Source of the DNA: Harriotta raleighana | Lineage: Eukaryota | Assembly: GCA_050575255.1 (NCBI GenBank) | Contig: JBNZDD010013718.1 | Span: 4,423,644 to 4,487,643 of the forward strand | Direction of reading: 5' to 3' | DNA: 64,000 bases | Part shown: positions 12,944 through 25,042 of the stretch, piece by piece | Numbering within the stretch: position 1 is the first letter of the stretch | Layout of the letters: every line of letters starts with the position of its first letter | The notes under the pieces: model-generated | The model's input: only the letters and a program-made list of their open reading frames with translations | Told to the model about the DNA's origin: nothing | The model's database searches: none | Translations under genes and position numbers: made by a program

Positions 12944-13182
12944 GGAGAAATTCCACCCAGATGTAGATTTGCTCTATTTATTTAGCATTTTGGAGCCTTC
13001 AGAATTTGGCAAATTGCTGAATTTAGTCTGAACTTTGAAATACTGCAGGGTTTTTTTTTGCAGTTCTTAAAAGAATCAACAGAAAACCCGCTTCAATAAA
13101 AAACTGTAGTTAAGAATTTGCCAAATTCTGATCACTCTAAAATGCTATGTAATATAAATTTAGGTCCAGATGGAATTTCTCC
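12944..13182. repeat. old palindromic MITE-like element
   Basis: Arms GGAGAAATTCCA...TAGCATTTTGGAG...TCAGAATTTGGCAAATT and AATTTGCCAAATTCTGA...CTCTAAAATGCTA...TGGAATTTCTCC are about 70-bp imperfect inverted repeats. Confidence 0.7.
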
Positions 13183-13565
13183 ACACAGATGTCCAAAGTG
13201 TAATGGAGGTTCATTTAGCAATCAAAATTACACGTCAACAGAAGTGTAAAATGGACAATAAGTCGTTGACTGCACATTAGCAGTTCCTGAGTTGATTGTC
13301 CTTCCACATTTCCTATCATGAGAGAAGTCCCTTGCTTTTAAAACACTCACTACTGTGGAAGTGGGATAATGACCAAAGTGCATGTGAAAGATGATACATT
13401 TTGGTTGTTAGGTTGCTGAGATAAACAAAACAAATGTTGGGTTGGGTGAACAATCCCTTTTAGGAGCCTGAAGATCTAGCCCCCAAAACGGAAATGAAAT
13501 TCTCTCTGGTTAAGAATGACATATAAAATCTCTTCCATTATATCTTTATACGTCTTCTCTTTAAG

Positions 13566-13950
13566 GTAATCCTTGCATTTGATATAGTGCCTATCACATT
13601 GACATGTCAAATAATTATACCTAAGTGTCGTGATAGTGTTTATGGATTCAAAATTCAGCATCAATTTGCTCACAGCGTAATCTGCAAACTGCCAAAACGT
13701 GAATAAGCAATTTAGCTAGAGGATTGTTGGCTAGGACACCGGGAGAAACTCTCATCTCTTTTTGAATAGTATTAATGGTTCTTTAACATCCATCTGGATG
13801 GATTGGGTCTTAGTTTTAAAGTTTCCTTCACAGCTTAACAATTCTGACAGTGAGGCTCTACTGTATTCTTTGAGCTTGAGCTCAAAGGCTGCAATTTGAG
13901 GCTTGAATTTCCAATCATCTGATCCAGAGGCAAGAGTACTGAGCTCGTGT
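13566..13950 (-). mobile_element. degenerate Deu-domain SINE (repeated at about 14758-15085 by the duplication)
   Basis: TAATCCTTGCATTTGATATAG tail, GTTGGCTAGGACACCGGGAGAAACTC core, and a head remnant CTGATCCAGAGGCAAGAGT. Confidence 0.65.
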
Positions 13951-15891
13951 GAAACGTTACCATGAATCTGAGATGCAAACCTATTGGAAATTTAGGACTA
14001 ACTGTTCCTAGGTTCGGAATGGAACTAAGGAAAACAGGGATTTAAATATCCGACTGGATGTTTATTTGGGGAGGACGGGTTTACATGGTTCTGGGGACAG
14101 AGCCGGGGAGTGGGATTTATTTTGAATAGCTCTTTTCAAGGAGGCGACACAGACCTGATGACCCGAATGGCCTCCTTTTCTGCTAAAAAATTCTAATGAT
14201 TCTATGGAGTAAAGGTAAAGGATTGTGGGAGTAAATTTTTTTTCATTGACGGATGTGAGCCACTTTCTAGTTTGGAGAATTTAGAAGCACAGGCAACTCA
14301 CTTTACTATTCTGTGAAGGTCTTTGGCATATCGCGAAGATTTGGTAAGGATAAGGCGCAATATCAAATGCAAGGATTATCCTTCTTCCTATTATTTTTAT
14401 TTGAATGTCTACACATTCAAATTTCTTCTTGTTTGTACTTTTAGACAGTCTGTCCCAGGTCAAACCATCTGATTCAAAGTGCTGTCATTAATTGCATTAG
14501 AATTACTTTACAAAATACTGTAACAAAAACAGAAGTTGCTGGGGAAACTCAGCAGATCAGGCAGCATCCATGGAGAAAGGAAAGTGATTCAATGTTTTGG
14601 GTCCACGACTCTTTGTCAGAACTGGGGCATGTTTGGAGGGAGAGGTTTTTAAGGACGTTAGGGGGTGGGGGGGGGGGAAGGCAGGACATGGAAGATAAAG
14701 GAGACAAAGGAAAAAGAGTGTGTAAACTGACAGTTTACGCCGAATGGTCGTGGACANAAGTGTCGTGATAGTGTTTATGGATTCAAAATTCAGCATCAAT
14801 TTGCTCACAGCGTAATCTGCAAACTGCCAAAACGTGAATAAGCAATTTAGCTAGAGGATTGTTGGCTAGGACACCGGGAGAAACTCTCATCTCTTTTTGA
14901 ATAGTATTAATGGTTCTTTAACATCCATCTGGATGGATTGGGTCTTAGTTTTAAAGTTTCCTTCACAGTTTAACAATTCTGACAGTGAGGCTCTACTGTA
15001 TTGTTTGAGCTTGAGCTCAAAGGCTGCAATTTGAGGCTTGAATTTCCAATCATCTGATCCAGAGGCAAGAGTACTGAGCTCGTGTGAAACGTTACCATGA
15101 ATCTGAGATGCAAACCTATTGGAAATTTAGGACTAACTGTTCCTAGGTTCGGAATGGAACTAAGGAAAACAGGGATTTAAATATCCGACTGGATGTTTAT
15201 TTGGGGAGGACGGGTTTACATGGTTCTGGGGACAGAGCCGGGGAGTGGGATTTATTTTGAATAGCTCTTTTCAAGGAGGCGACACAGACCTGATGACCCG
15301 AATGGCCTCCTTTTCTGCTAAAAAATTCTAATGATTCTATGGAGTAAAGGTAAAGGATTGTGGGAGTAAATTTTTTTTCATTGACGGATGTGAGCCACTT
15401 TCTAGTTTGGAGAATTTAGAAGCACAGGCAACTCACTTTACTATTCTGTGAAGGTCTTTGGCATATCGCGAAGATTTGGTAAGGATAAGGCGCAATATCA
15501 AATGCAAGGATTATCCTTCTTCCTATTATTTTTATTTGAATGTCTACACATTCAAATTTCTTCTTGTTTGTACTTTTAGACAGTCTGTCCCAGGTCAAAC
15601 CATCTGATTCAAAGTGCTGTCATTAATTGCATTAGAATTACTTTACAAAATACTGTAACAAAAACAGAAGTTGCTGGGGAAACTCAGCAGATCAGGCAGC
15701 ATCCATGGAGAAAGGAAAGTGATTCAATGTTTTGGGTCCACGACTCTTTGTCAGAACTGGGGCATGTTTGGAGGGAGAGGTTTTTAAGGACGTTAGGGGG
15801 TGGGGGCGGGGGAAGGCAGGACATGGAAGATAAAGGAGACAAAGGAAAAAGAGTGTGTAAACTGACAGTTTACGCCGAATGGTCGTGGACA
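13623..15891. repeat. 1134-bp near-identical tandem duplication split by a single N (probable assembly artefact)
   Basis: 13623-14756 is repeated at 14758-15891 with N at 14757. Only about 3 substitutions seen by eye. Confidence 0.95.
14035..14207 (+). mobile_element. CR1-type LINE 3' end (duplicated at about 15170-15342)
   Basis: ...ACACAGACCTGATGACCCGAATGGCCTCCTTTTCTGCTAAAAAATTCTAATGATTCTATG, a CR1-like terminus. Confidence 0.7.
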
Positions 15892-16004
15892 CGAAACGTT
15901 GACTCGTTTTCCTTTCTCCATGGATGCTGCCTGACCTGCTGAGTGTCCCCAGCAACTTCTGTTTTTGTTTCAGATTCCCAACATCTGTAGTATTTTGTGT
16001 TTAG
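15658..16004. mobile_element. fold-back Penelope-like element derivative (inverted termini), flanked by a 16-bp direct repeat
   Basis: Arms of about 100 bp (15658-15760 and about 15866-15969) are reverse complements around a purine-rich spacer. TTTACAAAATACTGTA occurs at 15642-15657 and 16005-16020. A truncated duplicate lies at 14523-14756. Confidence 0.75.
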
Positions 16005-17361
16005 TTTACAAAATACTGTACTGGTTCATATCTACTCAGTAGAGATTGTTATAAAATGCTTGAAAGTAGGGGGTATCCTGCAATACAAATGATCGGGCCA
16101 CATTTGATGCTGTCATAAACATTTTAACAAGTCCACTGTATCGCTTTTCACTTCACTTAAAATATTCTGTACATTTAAAGTTCAGTTAAAATGCCATATA
16201 TATATATGTACAATATATATATTAATTTTCCATTAAATACAACTGACATTATCAATGGTGGAATAGGTATGTATGCCCCACTTGCATAATTTGGGTCTGG
16301 ACTGGATGATTGGGTTTAACCTAATGCTTGGTTCCATCCTTGATTTAACAAAGTCACATGCACATTCCTGTCATACTCAATCTGCTGAGCTCTTTCTGCT
16401 CAGTTACTCATCTTACCTGAATGTCTCATTCTGGTTGAATATCAAGAGCAACATGAATTAATGAGAGCAGGGTAAAGCCATCCCATACATGTCACACCAA
16501 TCAAATTATAATGTTAACAGAAGTGTTCTGCTAGGAATAGGAATGAGACATCCAGAGCAAAAAAAAATCCCAAATTATTTGCAGAAAGTGTCTTCGTAAC
16601 CCACTTGGCTGAAATAAAACAGCACAGAATTCTAACACCAATTCTGAGAGCCAAGATACGATCACTTTGAAAGGCAAGGAGCATATTGAAATGATAAAAT
16701 TTTAAAGCTTTACATCTTGCTTCTGGATGTGTTCTAACAATCTTTGCATTCGATGTAAGCACCATATCAGTTCATCAAGGTGTCTCAAAGAGCTCCAGAG
16801 GATTTACTGTAAAACGTAATGACTGCGTATTTGAAGGCGAACACGGAAAATTTGAGTTAGTACTGTAACATATTTATATTTATAAATTTTCTGGGAAGAG
16901 TTGTTTTCCCTGTGGTTCCATACAATAAAGCACCAAGAAATTGACCTCGTCAAGTGTGGCATGGACCGAGGAAAGCCCATTTGCCCCGTCAAGCCTGCTC
17001 GTTCCACAGATAATGTCATTTTGATCCAAGTGTGAAATCTACCCTACTCTACCATTGAATCTTCTGATGAAACAAATGCTGCTTGATCATCAAAGGTATT
17101 GAAGCAAAACAGAAAAATCTGCTGCAGTTGGTAGCAAAAATTGCTTGTTATCCCACAAAAACATCTCACTAGTCTCCACAGCACGTGGACCACAAAGTAA
17201 AACTGTCCTCATTTCACAATTGACAAACCTTCTGGGTAATTATCTTTTACTGTTGAAATGGAATGCGATTGGTTGTCTGTTTTACAGTCAGGCCAGAGAC
17301 AAGCCACAAATAAAATAATACTGGGAGGAACAAATGGAAATTGGGTTTTGAGAACAATAAC

Positions 17362-17580
17362 AACAACATCAAAATTACACTTATAAAGCGCCTTTCATGA
17401 TGGGAGGACGTCCCAAAGCGCCGAACAGTCAGGTCGGGACCCGAGCAGGGTGGAGGGGGTGTCATGGGTAGGGGGAGGGGGGAAGGAGAGTGGGAGCGGG
17501 TTAAGAGTTGGGTGGGGAGCTGAAGGCACGGTCGAAGAGGAAGGTCTTGCGACTGGCCTTGAAGGAGGGAAGGGAGGAAA
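17362..17580 (-). mobile_element. L2-type LINE 3' end
   Basis: (AAC)n tail then AAAGCGCCTTTCATGATGGGAGGACGTCCCAAAGCGCCGAACAGTCAGG; reverse complement homologous to 63250-63440. Confidence 0.8.
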
Positions 17581-18399
17581 GAAGTAGAGACAAAAAAAGT
17601 AAGTTTATACCGGTGGCAAGTCAGGTCATTATGCTGACTGCTGAATACAGCATTTAGGTACTTGTTGCCAATGTTAATTAGGCTGGGCAACTGCAACTGT
17701 CTCCATGCCCGCCTGAGAATTTCCTGTTTTCAGTCATTGTCTGACTAGGTGTAAAGCTTCAGATCTATACTAAGCATCCTGCAGTTTTGATGCGTACGCT
17801 GATAATGCAGTGCTTAGCAAATGTAGTCACTGCGATTTTAACACTGCCTTTCTATCAGAAGGAATGTTACACTTATTATGTTAAGCTGTATAAATGGTCT
17901 CCTGCTCAGAATTAGGGCTGAACTGAAAGACAAACTCCCACCAGCCATAATTCTAGTTAATACTTGTGCACACGCAAGAATCAAAGACTAGAATTCATCA
18001 GAAAGGAAAATTAAATGTCTACGATAGAGGTTCAGTATCTTAATATTGGCCAAGATACATTTTTAAGTCTGATTTGTTATTTTTGTCATGCTCAACTGAT
18101 TGAATTATGTATCTTGGGGCTGTCCCAGATCTGAAGAACATTTTTTCTTAGGGTGGGGTGGGAGGAACCTAGGACGAGGCATTACAGCTATGCACCAGAG
18201 GGTAGGTATGGATGAAGTCACTGTATTGTGGTTCAGCATGAAAGAATATGAGGTGCCTCTTAACATTGAGATTCCAGGTACAGAAAGAGGGCCTTGGGAT
18301 ATGAGTTTGGGTTTTGCCACAGAAATCCCAATTGTTTTCATTAGCTTACTCACAATACATATTGGTACTGTGTTATAAACAGAAATTACCAGTGATTAA

Positions 18400-18826
18400 T
18401 TATAATAGTACTTGCATTTGATCTTGTGCCTTTCACCTCACAATGATGTGTTAGAGCTCTTCAGAAATTGTAGTGTGAAGCATAGTGACTTTGTGTTTCA
18501 TAGGCAAATGCGGGAGCCAATTTGCCCACAGCAAAGTACTGTACTACAAATAGCTATAAAGGGAGTAATCAATTTTTTTCTGGGGGAATTGTTGGACAGG
18601 ACACCGAGAGAAACTCCCTTCCCTTTTTGAATAGTGCCATGGGATTGTAATGTCTACTCGATCAGACAGAAGGGACCTCGGTTAACATCTCACCCTAAAG
18701 ACAGCAATTCCACCCCAAGCACTGCATTGGATTGTCAGCCCCTTAAGACTACACAAATCCTGGAGTTTGAACCTACAATCATCTGGCTCAGAGACGAGTG
18801 GGCTTCTAACCGAACTAGGCTGACAT
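18400..18826 (-). mobile_element. near full-length Deu-domain tRNA-headed SINE
   Basis: Tail CTTGCATTTGA, Deu core GGACACCGAGAGAAACTCC...GAATAGTGCCATGGGAT...GGGACCTCGGTTAACATCTCA, B-box remnant GGAGTTTGAACC and A-box end CTAACCGAACTAGGCTGACA. Confidence 0.75.
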
Positions 18827-19019
18827 CTTTCCTTTGCAACATTTTAAGCCGTGAATTACTTAGCAGTGAATTTTAAAAGTAGCTACGCAATTTGTGTATT
18901 AAAGCAGTTGGCTGATATATCATATTTAAATGATTAATTAAATGATTCATTTAAATTGATTAATTTTAAACACATGTTTATTTACTCATTATTTTAACAT
19001 TTAACGTTTTGCACATTAG

Positions 19020-19250
19020 GTATCAGCCTGGATCGTTTGTTAGCTAGCACTCTTGCCTCCAGGTCAAAAGGATGTGGGCTCAAGCCACATGTTGGAACTT
19101 GAGCTCTTAGTCTAGTCTGACAATACAGTACAGTAATGGGTGCATTGCTGGAGGTGACATTTTTCAGATCAGACATTAAGAAAGCCTGACATTGCTTCTG
19201 CTTGTTCAAGTGAAACTTATAGATTCAATGAGACCATATCAAAATACTAT
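19020..19250 (+). mobile_element. degenerate 5' part of the same Deu-domain SINE family
   Basis: TAGCACTCTTGCCTCCAGGTCAAAAGGATGTGGGCTCAAGCC...CTTGAGC...TCTAGTCTGACA matches the heads at 18720-18826 and 29362-29460. Confidence 0.55.
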
Positions 19251-20534
19251 TTTGAATATGTGCTTCGCCATAATTTTGAAAGAATCCACAGTACAATTTT
19301 ATGTGTTAACACAGTATGAACTCAAAATTAATAGTTCCAAACCAACAATCCTTTGGCTTGATCGGCCATTCACATCATGGCTATTTGCTTCCACAATTGG
19401 CTTCTACATGGGCCTACAATTATTGGAGTACACTTTGACATGTTTCAACATGTGAAGGCACCATAAAATCTTTTCTTCCTTCACTATTTCAAATACGGAA
19501 TTTTTTTTTGCTGTATCTGAGAATTACCAACCTTTCTTTTGGTTCCAGCTCATATTACTTCAACGGACTGACTGTAAGTACAATTAATAGACAGTACAAC
19601 ACAGTAAGAAGGTGATGAGGTGTTTTTAAAAGGTTAGAATAGATGGAGCTTGATCATACAAGATTAAAAGAGTGAGAACAGGGAGACAAAAGGTAAAGCT
19701 TGCAGAAGCTCAGGTTATATTTTAGTCTTTTTAGCAAATGTACAATATTAAAGCTAGTGCAAATAATAAACAAACAATCCTTGCATTTGATACTGTTCAA
19801 GTCGAGAGGACAGCTCAAAGCGCTTCACAGGATTCACTATAAAGAGCAATGACTGTGTATCTTGGAGGCAAAACACAGTTACTGTATTCTTTTATATCAC
19901 TGCTTTCTTCAGTGTCGTACTATGAAATCTGAAAACAAAGAAAAATTGACCAGCCCAAGAGACATACGTTCCCCTCGACCGGCAATCCTTGGCAATCCAT
20001 GAATTGAAAAGTCCCTTGCAAGACACACTTGGTTTGAAACCAATAGACATAGTGCCTTTTATTCACAACTTATTTCCGGCAGTTTAAAGTGAGATATTTA
20101 AAATGATAGATTAGCGAAATTGCTAATAAATGTAAGCACATTAACATAGGTGCAAGAGGTTTCAATTTGTCGTGCGATCAATTATAGTGGGTTGTTTTTG
20201 ACACATATCACAATGTGCTGAAAAACATTTTTAAGAAGCATTTTTGAAGAACCATGAGCTGAACTCACACTACTGCATAATTTTAGTTGATTCCCAAAAG
20301 AGCATTCCTATCCATACCACGGAGATAAGATACTTGTTAAATCGAACAGTTAGATCAACTACAGTATTTTCTAATGGATAATCCAGGGAGTAAATTACAA
20401 AGGATTAGTTTAGAATTAGAAGGAATTCAGTACAGTCCTATTTACACAATTCACATCTAAATTCAGTTGGTTTGAAAGGTACCAGCACGTTGTAGAAAAG
20501 ACTTTCACCTGGACAGCAATTCAATATCACAATA

Positions 20535-21634
20535 CAGTTAACCCCCATCGATCATGGGAGTTACATTCCTGGAAAACTGCGCACTCAACAAAATCGCGTT
20601 GGAGAAGCTTAAGAAGTAATGGGAGAAGGGGGGATTAGGGGAATCCAGTCGCAGGCTACCCACCTCAAGCCTCCAAGCACATCCAATGCAAGATACCTAC
20701 TGAGGCGGGCTACAGCTGGCTGGCCAGCTCCTCGCTCCGCCTGCCTTTCCCCGCTCTTGTTGCTCCCCCCTCCACCCACTCTTCCTGCTCTTGTCTCTCC
20801 TATCACCCAATAAGTGGGCAAATCAGGGCAGCTCGGGAGGGAGGGTGCCAGAAAGAAATCGGGGAGAGCGGCAGGCGGGCAGTGGGAGGAGGGAGCAGAG
20901 AACTGCTTGGAGGCGGGGGAGACTTTGGGAGATGCAGGGAAGAGAGCTGATCGGTGGTGGGGGGGACTTGCGGAGGTTTGGGGGAGAGGACCGATCGGAG
21001 GCAGGGGGACTCGGGGAGGGTGGGAGAGAGAGATGATTGGAGGCGGGGATTCGGAGAGCTGAGGGGGAGAGAACCAATCGGAGGTGGGGTGATGGTGAGG
21101 GACTCGGGAAGGTGTGGAGCAGCGAGCCGCTTGGGCGGCAGAGTGCTGGGGACGGGAGACACAGAAAAGTTACAGTGGCTTTGTTATCACTTTATTGCTA
21201 TAATAAAGTGATAACAAAGCAGTAAAGCAATAAAGAAAAGCAGTAAAACAGGGCAGATTAGCCTACATTGCTGTACGATCCTGTCTCTCTGTGTATTCTG
21301 TTTACCATGCAACGCAATAAGATTCTTCGAGGCCGAAGCGTTATTGTATTCACCCAGAATGCATTGCGCGCGGGGTCAGCCAGCGAGGAATCTTCGGCTT
21401 TAGTTGGGATCTGCCGGCCTCGTCAAAAATGCACGTGAGCGGGGACCAGCCAGCCAAGGAATCATCGGATTTAGTCGGGAGCTATCGGCGTTTTCACCCG
21501 TGCGCATGCACGCGGGTCCAGCCAACATGTACACGCAAGTTTTACGCGCGCTGCACAAAAAAGTGATGCTTTTGTTTCAACACGTATACTTGAATTCGCA
21601 ATCGATAAAAGTTGCCTTTGAAGAAGGTTAACTG
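20535..21634. mobile_element. TA-flanked Tc1/mariner-pogo-type non-autonomous element, long form (1100 bp)
   Basis: TA|CAGTTAACCCCCATCGA ... TTGAAGAAGGTTAACTG|TA. CpG-rich body homologous, in inverted orientation, to 41780-42407. Confidence 0.85.
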
Positions 21635-21689
21635 TACTTGCAACTTTTGTCCCCTTCTTTCTCAGCATTGCGTACTATTTGTGTGACTG

Positions 21690-21880
21690 TTTCCCTCCCG
21701 ACCCGCTCTTCCTTTGGTGGCCGGGCTTTCAGCCTCTCCGTCCCATGCTTTGGAACTCCACCCCATAATCCCTTTGCCTTGCTCCCTTACTTGCCTCCTT
21801 CAAGTCCAGTCTCAAGACCCTCCTTTTCGATCGTGCCTTCAGCCACCCTCCTACCTTTCCACCCTCCCTCATTCCAACCC
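21690..21880 (+). mobile_element. L2-type LINE ORF2 C-terminal/3' fragment
   Basis: GGTGGCCGGGCTTTCAGCCTCTCCGTCCCATGCTTTGGAACTCC encodes GGRAFS..., a typical L2 ORF2 end. Homologous to 63165-63290. Confidence 0.75.
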
Positions 21881-24800
21881 AAGTGCTCCTTGCAACCTAA
21901 ATTCCTATTTAAAATGTGTAACTTGGTTAGAGCACAGTGACAATGCAAATCATCTTAAGAATATTTGTATTGCACAGTTAAAATCTGCACATCAATAAAA
22001 TTGTTTGAAGTGGTGTCACATCCCATACCACTAGCACATTTTCCATCAATTAAAACGCTGTAGCCCATTCACGTCACTTGATATTGAGCAATGTATTTAT
22101 GTGACTTCTGAGTAAGATAGTCCCTTGAGAAAAGCCTAAGTACATGTAATGGGTTTCAATTGCATACATGGTAAAGATTTTTAGTTTAGCATTTAAGTGC
22201 TTTCTAAAATCAAAACATCCTATTGGAGTGCTAACAGTTATTAGTACAATGAACTCATGAATTCTATTATTGATGTTAGGAATATGCTTTAACATACATA
22301 ATATTGTAAATAACGCTACAATTTACCTGGAACAAAATAACACGATAGAAAAGCTTGACTGTACCCTTCTGGTAGTCACGAGAGTTTGTTAGATAAACTT
22401 GGAGATGGTAAAAATTACAGTATACACCACACTACAGTGACAATTAAATATATCTGGGCTTTCATTTAAAACATTTAAATTCAGAAACAGATGGCAACAA
22501 TTTTTATAAGCCTTGAGCCTCGAAAGGAAAATGACTCGTAAGATGCTTTCATAATTTCTAAAACCCAAATTGTTCTATTGTAAGGTCACCGCAACTAACT
22601 TGTAGGTATTTTATTATCTCATGTCACAAAGAAAGAAGATTGGAGAATGTTGACAGGGGAGATAATGTTCTGCTAAAGATACACAAGTTGAAGACAGTAC
22701 AATAAGAATGCAATATTTTTTTTCATATAGCAGTGTTGCAAGATGTAAAGGGCTTAAAATCAGAGGCAGCTCTGCACGACAGCCTGCTGTTTTTTTGATG
22801 CAAGAAAGCTAAATATTTAATTGAAACTCTCAAACACTGCAGTTTTAATTACCCAGCTGTAAAAAATATAAAATAGCAGAAGAAGCAACAAATCCAATGT
22901 TATTTAAACTAATCCACAAGTAATGAGTTTTGTAAAACAGAGACCACATATGTTTTATGTCAAATTCCTCTGTGGTCAAGTCACACTATACTGGGCTTTT
23001 CTGTACATTAAAAGCCGACAGAACCAGAAAGGCAAATAAAAGGGAATTCTATCTCCCTAAACACCAGGAAAGAAGAGGAAATTCCATCCATGGTGTACTT
23101 CAAATAGTTTGGTGGCCATTTTATATTTACAAGAGCAAGATTTTGTACAATATATGTAATTAAATTGTAATGCTACCTTGGTTAGGTCCAAGCACTGTGG
23201 AGCTCTCACTCAGGTGCCCCAGCCGTGAATATATAAAAGGAGACTTTAAGTGCAAACAATAGCTTAAATAACCCATTCTAGTAGGATTTAAAACAATCAA
23301 TTTGTACATAAAAAACCTGTATCCTACTTTCATTTCTTCCATTTAGAATTACTGTATGTACTGTACACTTTAGTTTGCCATGTTTCATCCACAAAATATA
23401 ATCAATTCACATTACTGTATATTGTGTGAAGCTTTGAGATGTTCAGAAGCCATGAAAAGCACCACATAAAATTCAAGAATTACTATTTTTATTAGTATCT
23501 AACTTCAAGCGGACCAAGACGCAGTCCAGCATGAAGTGTGTTACATAAAGTAAGTTGTTAGTGTTGTACTGCATCAATAATCTACAAGCTGTTAGGCTAT
23601 AGCTTCTGTCCTCCCACAAGAAGCAAAGGCAACACATGTGTAAAGCAAAATAAAAATTATGTTGCAATATTTTTTCCCCAATTTTCCAAATCAATCAATT
23701 TTAATAACTAATAATTTCCTCACGCCCAACACCTTTATTGTCAAATTTATCTTAATACTAAGTACAGTATGTATGTAATGGCTTAGGAATTTCTGATAGC
23801 TTACTGTAGGTCACAGTCAAGAAAAAAAGTATAAATCTTAAAACAATGATCGCCCTGTCAAAATTCAGCAACTACATTTAAAACGAGAATTAAAAAGGTT
23901 TCTGATATTTTCTGTTCAGCTAATCTATAACTTTGCTCTGTTGAAGTCACTGTGAAGTCTGAAAGGAATAATACAAAGAAATTAAAAAGTGGTTGATGGG
24001 GAGGAAGGGAGGGAAAGAAGGTGAGAATATCAGACCAGAAGAGAGAGAATGTTTCGAGGAGCACAAATCTTGACTATATTTCTCAAACTTCTGACATACT
24101 CTCCTTTCACCCAGGCCACCTGCTAGGGATTGAATCCCCAAAAGGCTTCCCAGACATCTTTATAAATATTGTTCGAATTGCAAACAAGCTAATTATCCAA
24201 AAAGTTCAGATTGATGACTGAGAAAAAAGTGGCTCAGAATTCTACACATTTATTCTTATTCCACATTCTTCTTCTGAATTGTCAGGCATTGAAACTCCAA
24301 CAGAATTGCATTATGAAATAAGCATAGACCAACATTGTCATTACAAATTTCACAACTACAAATAAGTACAGTAATTGGTATTTTAGGTTGAGATAATTAA
24401 CTGCACAATATTTCATGCCTCAAAACAAATGATTGAAGCTACTTTGATCATGGTTCCTCAAGTTGAAATACCACTGCCCATCTCAATTATCAGCTTACAT
24501 GTTAGTCTTTGATACTGATATATAGCCATTCACTGGCTCAAACATATTGGTGCACATTGTAGAGCGGATTTCAAACAGATTTCAAACATTAAGCTTGTAT
24601 TATGGCTTGCACAAACAAAATATGTATCCTACTTTCAACGACAAATGAAAGTTTGCTTAAAGCACTCCGAGACACTGTCCAGTGTGAAGCGTACTATTTT
24701 AATCAAGTTGTTGATTTCTTCCCTTCAGAATAACTGCATATAAATTTATGATTGATGACAGTCAAGCAAGGTTCCTGAGCTAATAGAATTGCACTCAGAT

Positions 24801-24904
24801 GGTCAATGCATCAGCTTTGCTTATATTTAGCAAATAGAATTTGAATGTATACTACTGTACTTAGAATGTGTGCGATAATATGCCATAAATATTCTTGGAA
24901 TGGC

Positions 24905-25042
24905 TTGTTATTGAATCCACAGTGTGTTTTGTCCACAAAATATACAGTCAATTCACTTTATATTCTGTGAAGGGTTTTGAGACTTTTGGAACACATGCTA
25001 AGGCACCATATCAAATGCAAGGATTATTTTATTATTATTATT
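24905..25042 (+). mobile_element. SINE 3' tail fragment with (ATT)n
   Basis: CAGTCAATTCACTTTATATTCTGTGAAG...ATATCAAATGCAAGGATTATT, matching 62860-62955. Confidence 0.75.

Noticed and set aside
20609-21225. Cluster of Pro/Gly-rich ORFs
   Set aside because: Produced by the G-rich minisatellite inside a MITE.
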